Position numbers and translations under genes: made by a program. A model generated the notes under the pieces. It was given only the letters and a program-made list of their open reading frames with translations. It was not told where the DNA came from and did no database searches. A DNA stretch of 63,861 nt, counting the filler, from Hyphochytrium catenoides (lineage: Eukaryota > Protista > Hyphochytriomycota), in the NCBI GenBank assembly GCA_900088475.1. It is 14 parts of 14 records of this genome, joined end to end, with 100 filler letters (N's around TTAATTAATTAA, not from the genome) between each part and the next. Parts side by side here need not be neighbours in the genome. Positions count along the whole stretch, not along the records: positions 39,566 to 55,461 come from FLMG01004633.1; positions 55,562 to 56,868 come from FLMG01000478.1; positions 56,969 to 60,658 come from FLMG01002271.1; positions 60,759 to 62,102 come from FLMG01002972.1; 10 more parts are not named here. One strand, given 5' to 3'. Below, one piece after another: positions 50,846 through 62,102 of the stretch (position 1 is its first letter; the number at the start of each line of letters is the position of its first letter).

Positions 50846-52609
50846 CTTATGTCTCCCTCCCCGGTCTCCAGTCTACCCTGTGGCCTCTGTCTCTCTCTCT
50901 TCATCTTCTGCTTCTTCTCCTCTATAGAAAAAGCCCACCGGAACTTCAGGACTATGAAAAATACTACCATCTACTCTCGTCAGGTCTTCCCTTTCTCATC
51001 TCTCTCTCTCTTCTCTTTCTCTCTCTTTCTCAGTCGGACGAAGAAAGGAATAGAATAGGATCTGAGAAAGAAGAAGAGAGCGTACTGCTGTGGTGCTCTC
51101 TCTCTTCCACTCTCTCCCTTTCTCTCTCTTTCTTCGCGACTTATGTGCCCATCTGGCTCTCTTTCTTCACCACACTCGCTCTTTTCCTTTGGATTGGGAA
51201 GCTCTTGGGACAAGCAGATGAGAAAGGGTGAGTGGCTATCTCTCTTCCTTCGTTCTCTGTCTCTCTCTCTGTCTCTCTCTCTCTCCCCGTCTGTCTTCGT
51301 TGCTTTCTCTCCTCTCCCTTCTCCACCTCGACTTCTTTCTTGCCGTACAGTTTCTCTCTCTCTCCCTGTTCTCCTTCTTCTCTTCCTCCGGCACACTATC
51401 TTCTTTTTGTCTCTTTTGCTAGTGTCACTCATTCTCTCCTGTCTCTCTTCCCTCTTCTTTCTCTTTTCTCCCTCTCTCTCTCTCCTTCTTCAACTTCTCT
51501 CTTCTCTAATCACTCCTGAACTTCTCCTTCTCTTTTTTAAGGAATAGTCCGACGGAGGAATTGAAGAGAGTAAGAAAGAGATTCCAGATAAAGTCTCTCT
51601 CCTATCTCTTTCTCTTTCTCCTCTGTTGGCTCCCCATCACACTGAGTCAACTCTTTCTTCTCTTGGATGAGAGAGAAGCAAAAGAGAGAGGGAGAGCGGG
51701 CGAGAGAGTATTAGCTACTAGGAGAGAAGAAGAGAGAGAAAGAAAGACAGAGGACGAGAAGAATGTCCTCTTTTACCTCTACGTCTTCCAAGCGGTAAGT
51801 GTCGCGCATTTCTCCTCTCCTCTCTCTGTTGCTGTTCTCCGAGTCTCTCTCTCCTTTCTCGGCGCTCTTATCTCTCTCTTTCTCTCTCTGTTCTTTGTCC
51901 TGTAGGGTTCCTTGTATGTGTCTCTCTTTCTCCTCTTGTCTGTGTCTTGCTATCTGTGTGTCTTAGTCTTTTCCTGCTAGCCTTCATGTTCTNNNNNNNN
52001 NNNNNNNNNNNNNNNNNNNNNNNNNNNNNNNNNNNNNNNNNNNNNNNNNNNNNNNNNNNNNNNNNNNNNNNNNNNCTCTCTCTGTCTGTCTCTTGTTCTC
52101 TCTCTTCTGTTGTATCTCTTGCGTAGGGCTTTCTCCCTCTCTTTGGCTTCTTCAAGTCTATCATTTTCTTCTGGTCAGGGTTACTCTGTCTCAAGGGAGA
52201 CCGAACAAAGCGAGGAGAAAAGGAGAGTGAAGAAAAAAAGAGAAGAGAGAGAGGTGAAGTTCCGCGGCCTCTCTCTTCTTCGCCCACTCTCTCCCGCTCG
52301 TTGCTCTCTTCCTTGGACTCCGTCGTGGTAGGAGGAGGAGGAGGAATGCGACTGACAGAGAGAGAAAGAGAGAGAGAGGAAACAATCGCAAGAGGGCCAT
52401 CGGCTCTCTTTTTCTCTTCCTATTTTGCGGACGAAGAAGAGGATGAAGAGGCAGTAGAAGATGAGGAAAGAAGAGGGAGAGAGAAAGGAGCAGGAGAGAG
52501 AGAGGACGCCCTCTCTTCTCTTCCTGTTGTCTCCCGTGACCCTCTCAATAGTGATGAATCTTCTCTCTCTCTCGAAAATATGCACCCAACCCCGTGGATA
52601 AGGGTCTAG
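49817..52609 (+). CDS. Seven-TM G-protein-coupled receptor of the Dictyostelium cAR / plant GCR1 type, ~478 aa
   Basis: Exons 49817-50091, 50354-50423, 50872-51227, 51542-51794, 52127-52609 (1437 nt, phases consistent). TM1 SSSLSLLSTSAVLLLF; TM2 LSMTIVDF; LCTAQGFLLQATDLA|STLW; YEKYYHLLSSGLP; WC; FATYVPIW; FLLCWLP; FQA|GFLPLFGFFKSIIFFW. Confidence 0.85.
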
Positions 52610-52624
52610 GACACAAAATAGCCT

Positions 52625-52660
<36 letters not shown>

Positions 52661-53391
52661 NNNNNNNNNTCCCGTCTCTCTCTCTCTTTTTTTTCTTTTT
52701 CATGAGCTCTCCATATGTCTCTCTTATGCTTCTCCTGCACTCTGTTTGTCTCTCTTCTCCTGCCAACTCTTTCTGCCTTATTTTTGTCATGAGTCCCTCT
52801 TATTTGTTCTCTTCAGACTCTGTCTATTGCTTTTCCCCTTAATCATCCATTCCTAAGTTGAATCCTCTCTCTCTCTCTCCTCTCTTTTTCTCTCTTCTCT
52901 CTCCTCTCGTGCTTTTCTGACTAGCAGAACTCTCATTTGACAGAGATCATAGTGTTTTCATCTAGTACTCCCCTGTCTTTTCTTCGCCCTCTCTTTCCCT
53001 TTCTCTCTCTCTCTCTCTCTCCCCATTCTCTCTCTCTCTCCCTTACTTTCTTTCCTCGTGTGTCCGAGCAGACCGTGTTCTTCCCCTAACATCGCTGGGT
53101 AAGCAATACAGCGGATCACAATCTGCTTATTATGTCCTTTAAACATAAGGTTTTTGTTCTGAAATTTCTCTTGCTCTCTCTCTCTCTCTCTCTCCCTCTC
53201 TCTTTTCCTCTTTGTGCTTCGTCTCTGGTGGTTTCGAAAGAAAAGAGAGTAGTTGAGCAATAAGAGAGAGAGAGAGAAGTAAGAGAGGAGAGAGAGATGG
53301 AGAAATTAGGTCCATTTCTTGCTTGACTCTTTCTCTCTTTGCTGTGCTTCACCCTCACTACTTGGGTAGGACATTTCTTTCATTCCTCTTA

Positions 53392-53444
<53 letters not shown>

Positions 53445-53533
53445 GTTTCTCTCTCTCCGCTCTCTCTTTCTTCACTCTCTCACCTTTCTTCGCCATCTTC
53501 CGTTTCTTCTCGCGCACTCCATGTTCTCCCTTA

Positions 53534-53564
<31 letters not shown>

Positions 53565-53852
53565 GCGTTATAAAGATATAGACCACGAAATTCTATTAGT
53601 GACGGACAAATATAGTAAGAAGTGTAGAGAGAGACAGATGAACATACTAAGAGAGAGAAAGAAAGAGGAGAGCCTCGGACTGTCTTTTGCTCTTCTAAAC
53701 TCTATAAGTCTGTCTCTCTTTCTCTCTCTATTTTCCCAGTGTCTCTCTCTCGCTTCCGAGAATGGCGATAGCAGTGCATGAGAGGCGAAGTAACAAAAGA
53801 AAGAAAGAGAACATATCCACCACCGTGAGTCTCTCACTCACTCACTCACTCA

Positions 53853-53908
<56 letters not shown>

Positions 53909-54010
53909 TTTCATCTCACTCTTGCTTTCTACTAGGATAACATATATGAAGAAAGAGTTGTCTTTGAGGCTTTGCTGACGCTTCTCTCTTTTGTTTTTTG
54001 CTTCACTGTC

Positions 54011-54227
54011 CTAGACTTTGCTCCAAGCGCGCTTGACCTGCAAGAGGAAACGAGGCAGGGAGAGAGAATGAAGAAAGAGAGAGAGAAAGAGAAAAGAAGA
54101 GAGAAAGAGAAAGAAGGAGAGAGAAAGAGAGGGGGAGAAAAGGGGGTAGAGAGAGAGACAGAGATAGAGAGAGGGAGAGAGAGGGAGACAGAGAACGAGA
54201 GAGAGAGCAAAGGAGGAAGAAGGCACA

Positions 54228-54278
<51 letters not shown>

Positions 54279-55461
54279 AAAAGGGATATGGGAGATTTTG
54301 AGAGAGAGAGGAATGTACAGTCCTAAATCTAAAGAGGAAACAAGCCAGAAAGAAGGAGGAAGGAGAGAGAAGTTCTAGTTCTGAGGGAGAAATGACAGCA
54401 AGAGAGACAAGAGGAGCGAGGAGAGCGAAACAGCCAGATGGAAAGAGAGAAAAGGGGAATGGAGCACAAGAAGGAGAAGGAGGCACACACAGACAGAGGA
54501 AGCCAGACTAAAACAGAAAGGAAAAGAGAGAGAGAGAGAGTAGCTGAGAAACTTGGACAAGCAAAGAGAGAGAACCCCTAGAAAGAGGAGCAAAAAGCAA
54601 AATGTCTCACCTCCTCTGATAATCCATCTGAGGACTTTGACGAGAGAGAAGAGAACGAAGAAGAGGAAGAAGAGGTATCGAACTCTGCAAGATAACTCTC
54701 GCTGAGACTGTCTATTTTCTCCTCTCGAGAGACAGAGAGCGACGAGCGAGAGAGAAGAGATCGAGAGAGAAACGATGAATGAGAGAGAAACGATGAACGG
54801 GAGAGAATAGAAGAGCGAGGAAGAGTGGTGCGAGAGGAGGAACGAGGCTGAGAGATGGTAGAGGGAGCGGTAGAGGAGGTGCCAGAGCGAGTGCGAGGAA
54901 GAGAGGAAGAAGAGAGTTTCTCTTTCTCTTGTCTCTCCGTCACAAGTTTCTCTCTCTCTCTCTCTATTTCCGCCAGCGTCGCTCTCCTGATGTGCTCTTC
55001 CTTTATCTTATCCAGGTCCAAATGGCCCTCAAAGTCAGAGAGAGGGGTACCAGGCGTTTGAAGCACGAGAGAGGGAGAAGAGAGAGAGAGAAGAGTCCCT
55101 CTCCCCACTCTTTTCTTGTCTCTCCCGCCTTTCATGTTTCCTCTTTCTCTTCGGTAAGCTCTTCTCTTCCGGTCCAGACACCGCCAGTAGACTCCAGACC
55201 AGTAGAAGATTACAGCGTTCAGGAAGCCAACCAAGGGAACCAGCAGCTGGAGGGGGAGAGAGAGAGAGAGAAAAAGAGAGAGAGAACCAGGGAGACACAT
55301 AAAGCCGTTGAGGTTATGACAACTTCCTTTAAAGGCGACTCTTCTCTTTGCAGTTTCTCTCTCTTCCCTCCTCTTCACCCGTCCGGTGTGCCTCTCTCTC
55401 CTTGCTTCACCATTTCTCTTCTTTTCTCTCACATCTCCCTCTGTCTCTCTCTCTTCTTCTT
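54011..55461 (-). CDS. Second cAR/GCR1-type GPCR, TM7 and Ser-rich tail only (5'-partial)
   Basis: Exon 55246-54611 reads LLVPLVGFLNAVIFYWSG.. followed by a Ser/Arg-rich tail. Last exon 54037-54011 reads VKRAWSKV*. Confidence 0.7.
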
Positions 55462-55599
55462 NNNNNNNNNNNNNNNNNNNNNNNNNNNNNNNNNNNNNNN
55501 NNNNNTTAATTAATTAANNNNNNNNNNNNNNNNNNNNNNNNNNNNNNNNNNNNNNNNNNNNAGAGAGAAGAGAGAGAGAGCGAGAAGAGAGAGAAGTGC

Positions 55600-56560
55600 C
55601 CGTCTTCTTCTTCAAGGAAAGAAGATGCCGCATTCCTCTCGCAATGTTAAATGCTGTTTGTCCGTAGTAACACGCGAGACAGACCCGCACGGGATCTGTG
55701 ATGCCATACTGACTAATGGTGAGAGAGAGAGAGAGACGGAGAGAGAGGAAGAGAGAGAGAGACGAAAAGGGTATAAAGGACAGGTGACCGCGGAGTTTCA
55801 TCAAGCGACGGTAAAAGGCGAAGGCTAAGTCACAATGGGAAGAAAGAAAGAAAGAAGGAAAGAGAGAGAGAGATGGAGAGAGGGAGAAAGAGAGAGAGAG
55901 AGAGAGACCTAGGGAGAGGCTTTGATAGAGAGAGTGCAGGAAAAGAGGAAGGCTGAGGGTAAAGCTAAGCAAGACAAAGGCGCGCTGGCGGAGTAATAGG
56001 TACAGAGAAAGTTTAAGAGTGGAGTAGACCGTGACATGAGGGCAAGAGAGAGAAAGAGAGAGAGAGACAGAGGAAGAGAGAGAGAGACAGAGAGAGAACT
56101 CACGGCAATGCAGTTTTTAGCTCTCTCGGACAATGATCCTCGCAGAAGATTCCTCCGCATGAACGGCAAAAGTGCTGGTAACAAGATAGAATGTCCGTAG
56201 ACAGGGAGAGAGAGACAGAGAGAGAGAGAGAGAGACAGAGAGGGGGGAGAGAGTTGGACAGAACAGAGTTAGAAAGCCCTTTTTGACCCAGTATGAGAGA
56301 GAGACCAAAGAGAGATGAGAGAGGAAGTAATCAATGGATGAAGTGGAGAAAAGAAGAGAAGAGACGATGGGACAAAGGGGAGAGAGAGAGAGAGAGAGAG
56401 AGNNNNNNNNNNNNNNNNNNNNNNNNNNNNNNNNNNNNNNNNNNNNNNNNNNNNNNNNNNNNNNNNNNTTGCAGTCCACGCATTCTGTCCCTGTTTTGAA
56501 TTGAGGACGAGGAAGAAGAGAGGAAATAACGTCCTCACCATCGTCTTCTCTCTTCAAAGA
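55600..56560 (-). CDS. FYVE zinc-finger protein fragment
   Basis: PRPQFKTGTECVDC [gap] | HFCRSCGGIFCEDHC..ALP (56174-56104) | QYGITDPVRVCLACY (from 55712). Confidence 0.85.
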
Positions 56561-56713
56561 GGATGAAGGTGGGAGAGAGGGAGAAAGAGAGAGAAAGAAA
56601 GTGATAAGAACACATACGAAACATCACAGAGAGAGAGAGAAGAGAGACAATGTAGGCGACGGATGACAATGAACCAAAAGGGAATCTGAGGAAAGGGCGA
56701 GAGAACGGGTATG

Positions 56714-56750
<37 letters not shown>

Positions 56751-57424
56751 CTGAAAGGAATCAAGCGAGAGAAAAAGAGAGCGATTAAGCGGGACGGCAG
56801 GAGAGAGAGAGGGACACAGAGACAGAGAGAGCGTGAGACAGACTCACTCCAGATAAACCCTTCTGCAGNNNNNNNNNNNNNNNNNNNNNNNNNNNNNNNN
56901 NNNNNNNNNNNNTTAATTAATTAANNNNNNNNNNNNNNNNNNNNNNNNNNNNNNNNNNNNNNNNNNNNTCTCTCTCTCTCTCTCGGCAACTCTCCGCATC
57001 AGAATCTTGGCCTACAGAACGGATCTGTCCAATAACCAGGTTAACCAATATGGGGATTGGATTAACGTTGTTGGGCACTGTTAGTTCCTACTCAAAGGAT
57101 AGAAATCTAATATGGGTATTATGGGTGAGAGTTGGATGGGTTTATCAAGAGAGAGAGAGAGAGAGAAAGAGAGAGAGTAAGAGAGAGAGTAAGAGAGAGA
57201 GACAGACAGACAGACAGAATGAAAGTGAGAGAGAGAAAGAGAGGGAGAGAGAAAGTGAGAGAGAGAAGAGAGAGAGTGGCAGAGAGAGATAGGGAAACAC
57301 AGAGACACAGAGAGAGAGCCAGAGAGAAAGAAATGAGAGAGAGGCGAGAGAGAGAGACAGAGAGGGGGTGAGAGAGAGAGAGAGAAAGAGAGAGGGAGAG
57401 AGAGAAAAGGCGAGAAAGAGAGAA

Positions 57425-57459
<35 letters not shown>

Positions 57460-57759
57460 AGGGGATGGCATGGAAACCCCATCTTGCTGGTCGTTGGCCT
57501 GTCGGAGACTGAAGAGGCAATGTCACTAGTTCTTTTCCTCTCATAGACACGAGGGAAGGGAGGCGAGCCACAGAAGCCGTCCTGACAAGAAAGACAAGAA
57601 GAAACAAAGAAGTGAGAAAGAGAGAGAGAGAGACTTATTTTCTGAGCTTGTTTTTAATGGGACCTTAGAGAGAAGGCCGTGACAGCAGGACAAAAAGTCC
57701 TTTGGAGAGAGAGAGAGAGAGAGAGAAATGCCAAAGTTTCTCTCCTTTCTCTTCTACAG

Positions 57760-58112
57760 CGGCTGTCGCGGTCGGTAGGAGAGGATGGAGGAGAACGGGG
57801 GCGAGAGAGAGGAGGGAGAAGAGAGAGAGAATCCTTATGAGAGATGGGAGTACCCTCTCCCCTTTCAGCCGAAGAAGGTGAGGAAGAGAAATGTCTCGTC
57901 TCTTCTCTTCCTGTCGTCCTACTCTCTCGTCTCTTAAATCCTCTTACTTCCTCTCTCTTATTCTCTCTTTCTTTCTCTCCTTCTTTCGTTCTTTCTTTTA
58001 TCCTCTCTTTCTCTCTCCCTCTTTCTCTCCTCTGTTATTTTCTCGCTTTCGCGTACTTGAGTCCTCTCTCTCTCTCTTCCCACTCTTCGTGTTATATTCG
58101 CTGACTATCTTC

Positions 58113-58174
<62 letters not shown>

Positions 58175-58611
58175 GTCTCTCCCTCCCCGTCCTTCCTTGC
58201 AGACTCGGGAAGAGAGAGCCATAGAAGATGTAGAAGGGAGGCGGCGTACGATTCGGGGAAAGGAGAGAGAAGGAGAAGAGTCTTCCAGGAGCGTCCGCAC
58301 CGCCGGTAAGACAAAATACCCGCATCTTCTCGTTCTCTCTCTTCTTCGTTTTTCTCACTGTCTCTTTCTCTTTTTCTCCCTCCCTCTAACTTTCTCTCTT
58401 CCTTTCTGTTCTTTCTCCCATTCTTTCTCTCTGTCTTCTCGTCTCCTCTCTCGTTCTCTTGGTGTCGTTCTCTCTCTTGCTCTTGATCCGCTTCGTACTT
58501 TTTGTTCCGTTCGTTGTCTCTCTCTCTTTTTCTCTCCTCGCCGCTGTAGGTTTTACCCTCCTTTTTCTCCTCGCTAGCTTGTCTTCTCCGTGCTAACTAG
58601 CTAACGCTCTG

Positions 58612-58659
<48 letters not shown>

Positions 58660-58795
58660 TTCCTCTCTTTCCTTCCTTCCTTTTTTGTAACTTTCCTTCT
58701 ATTTCTCTCTTTTTGCCTTCTTCCCTCTCTCTCGTTCTTGCCTTGACTACATTTCTTTCTTCTCCTCTTTTTCTTCGATTCCTTCCGTCCCCTCT

Positions 58796-58865
<70 letters not shown>

Positions 58866-59416
58866 CACCCTAGAGTCAGATTGTCCCTTCAACACCGAGT
58901 TCCAGTCTCTTCTGGACTCTCTCTCTGACAGCAAAATATTGAGAGAGGAAGAAGTGTTTGTCCGTCTCTCCTCTCTCGCGCGGGATTTTAGATATACAGC
59001 GCTGCAGTATGGCAGGATCATCGTGTCAGAGAAGCATCTTCCCTACGAAGAAAAGACTATTAAGCCTTGCACGAGGTGAGTCTCTTCCTTTGATAGAAAG
59101 ACAGAGGGTATGGGGAAGGAGAGAAAAGAGAGAGAGAAGGAGAGAGAGGAGTCAAACAGGGTAATCTTTCCTGGAACATTTTCTCCTCTATTCGTGCCTG
59201 AGAGAAACGATTCCTTTACCCTTGCCCTGCTATGGTCTCTCTCTCCTTTTCCTCTTCCTTCACTTTTCCTTTCCCTCCCTCTATTCCTCTCTCTCTCTCT
59301 CTTTCTTTCTCCCTCGGTCTCTCTCTCTCTCTCTCTCTTTCCCATCGCTCTCGTTGGGGCTCTCAACATGAACCAAACTGACCCATCCCCTGACATCCTC
59401 TGTTTTCCCGCTTAAA

Positions 59417-59448
<32 letters not shown>

Positions 59449-60079
59449 ACTCTCTCTTTCTCTTCTCTTTTCTCTCTGTCTCGCTCTCTTCCTTTCTCTC
59501 TCTTCCTGACTTCTCAGCGAACTCGGAGGGCTGGCAGGGGGAGAGAAGTACATCAAGGCGGGCATTCTCTTCAAGTTCGCCATTGACTTCAAAGGCGTCT
59601 ATGGGTCAGACGAGCTGGCGGCGAAGGAGGCAGGACACCAACTGAAAGGAGCAATCGGTGCGTCTCTCTCTCTCTCTTTCTCATCTCTCTCTCTCTCTCG
59701 TCGTTCTCTCTCTCTCAGACAGTTTTACTACTCTCTCTTCCTTTTTTTTCGTCTTTTAGGAGACAGCTATTGAGTAAAAATTTTTCTCTTTGCTTGCGGG
59801 ACAGGAAAGCCTTCTTGTTCTGGTCAAATCCCCTCCCTTTGGTATTCCTCCTCCTCCTCCTCTCTCTTTCTCTCTCTCTCTTCTCTCTCTCTTTTCTCTC
59901 TGGCCAAGCTCACATTATCTCTCTAGGTTTATTCAACACTCAGAAGGCTGGGCAGGAGACTCTCCGCTTTCCTCTGATGATGCTGATTGACTATCTTGGC
60001 CACCGGCTCGTCTCTATGTCTCTCCTTCCCATCACTGACCGTACGCTTCTCTATGGCTCAGCTGACATGGGAAGAACTG
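57760..60079 (+). CDS. CLU-domain (clustered mitochondria family) protein fragment
   Basis: Exons 58874-59075, 59518-59657 and 59927-60079 read FNTEFQSLL..LARDFRYTALQYGRIIVSE..KTIKP|..GGLAGGEKY..ILFKFAID..YGSDELAAKEAGHQLKG|..FPLMMLIDYLGHRLVSMSLLPI..TLLYGS. Upstream exons are tentative. Confidence 0.9.
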
Positions 60080-60089
60080 GTACGACACG

Positions 60090-60129
<40 letters not shown>

Positions 60130-60135
60130 CCTCTT

Positions 60136-60171
<36 letters not shown>

Positions 60172-60895
60172 CCTCTCCCTCTCGCTCCTTCTCGCTTCTT
60201 TGCGTCTTCTTCTCTTCTGATTTTCTGGCTTTCCCTTCCCTGGACTTCCTCTCCTTCTGTAAGTGTCGCCTGTCCCTCTCTCTCTCTCTCTCTCCTTCTC
60301 TCCTCTCTTGTTTCGCTCTCGCTTCTTCTCTTTTTGTCAGGCTTTCCTCTGTCTTTGTGGCCTTGTGTCTTCCAGCAGTCCAAGCTTATCAGTTCCTCTC
60401 TGTTCTGCCGATGTCTTTGGATGCGACTCTGGTCTGACACTCTCTGTCTCTCACTCTCTCTCTCACTCTCTCTTTCTCTCTCTCTCGGTGGGCCTTCTCT
60501 GCCCTTCTCCCTTGTTCTTCACTGCTCACTTATCCCCGCTGTACCGTCGCTTCTCCCATCCGGGCCCTTCCTTTCTGTCTCCCTCTCTCCTTCCTCTCTT
60601 CTATCTTATCTTTCCTTCTCTCTCTCTTTCTTCACTTTCTTTTCTCTCTCTCTCTCTCNNNNNNNNNNNNNNNNNNNNNNNNNNNNNNNNNNNNNNNNNN
60701 NNTTAATTAATTAANNNNNNNNNNNNNNNNNNNNNNNNNNNNNNNNNNNNNNNNNNNNCATTATCGTCGTCCTCTACAAAAGCGAGGCAGGTAGGGGAGA
60801 GAGACCACCGACCTGGAATATCAGAGGTTTGCATTCAGTTTTCCATTTTCTCAGCCTTCATCAAGAAGGAGCATCCACTAGATGCCAGTATACCG

Positions 60896-62102
60896 GTGAT
60901 TATCGAAGCGCGTCGACGAAAATATCTTAACTCTGTAGAGAATTCTGGTCACGTTATGTCGCGGCCGTCTTACGTCAACAAACATCATGATGACAAAGAT
61001 CTCCAGAAAATTTTTCCCTCCACTTCATCAACAACCTGCGGCGGTACTAACCAGCAGTCAAAAGCAGGGTTTTCCCAACCATCATCGCTTGCGACCCACA
61101 ATTTGAGCATCGTTGCAGCGACCCAGGACCTGGATCCCTCGATCGTCAACTCCTGGGGGAAGGAAGGAGGAGGGAACTATGACTATTCTCCTTTCGAGAG
61201 CTTCTTGACGCCTCCGTCTAAGCACGACGTTCAGACAACTCGCTGGAACGATGTAGTATCTCCCGATGACGTAGTACTTCAGCGTCCTGAAAATTCATCA
61301 CTTGGGCTTCCTCAATGCTTCCCTGATCTTTTCAGTGCAAATTATGTCGAGCTGAAGACGGAAGATTGTCTGCCTCCTCCTCTTTCTCCTCCGTCTTCAT
61401 CGTCAGAAGCAGTTTTGCCTCAAGCACTTGCGTATCTCTTTGGTGCGGACCAGACGGCCAATTCTATGGGAGGTTCCGGAAGCGTCGGAACAGAAAGGGC
61501 TAATAATGGTGGTAGCGTTTCTGACAGCTGTCAGACTAGCGGCGCAACCCTCGAAGCTTTCATTACTCCCACTGCTCGTGCTACCATCATCAGCGAACCG
61601 CTGGCGGCTATTGTAGATCCACCCTTGACCCCAAAGATAGGTCAGAAGCGAATGTTTGTCGGAACTAGATGCGGAGAGTCAGTTGCAGTGACCCGACAAC
61701 AGCCACTCTATACTACTACTAGCAACGTAGGTGTATTTCGTGATGGTGGCAACACTTCCGGCGGTACAGAATGTGTTGGGTCAAAACAGAAGAAGGCGCG
61801 ATTAGGCGCGATTACAAAAACGCCATCTAGTCTTTCACCTGAGTTTGGGCCAGGTGTTCGACACTGTAATGGGCAACCAGAGGAAGACGTGGAGAAACAA
61901 TTCTTCAAAGTCGTCAAGGCCATCTATGAAGAGGGCTCGAGATCCTACGATGATGGAGTTTCCGCCAAGCGGCCTTGTCTGGTCTGCCAAGGGACCATTG
62001 TTGCTGGAGTTAGGGTGTACAACCAGCACAAGACCTTGTCGGAATGTACCTCCTACAAACGTAGGAGTCTGTGCTTCGAATGCCTAGGCAAAAAGGTCGG
62101 CG
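60896..62102 (+). CDS. Hypothetical protein, S/P/T-rich with C-terminal Cys cluster, 3'-partial
   Basis: ~400-codon ORF in complex sequence with an NLS-like KQKKAR and CLVC..C..LCFEC near the scaffold end. Confidence 0.55.

Larger units (their letters stand above)
39566..60658. repeat. Three scaffolds saturated with (GA)n/(CT)n homopurine-homopyrimidine tracts
   Basis: Dense GA/CT microsatellite sequence throughout. Similar composition at 19131-21264 and 23640-24660. Confidence 0.95.

Noticed and set aside
39566-60714. Many long SLSLSL / ERERER ORFs in the track
   Set aside because: Translations of dinucleotide repeats. Only segments with family motifs and consistent splice sites were kept.
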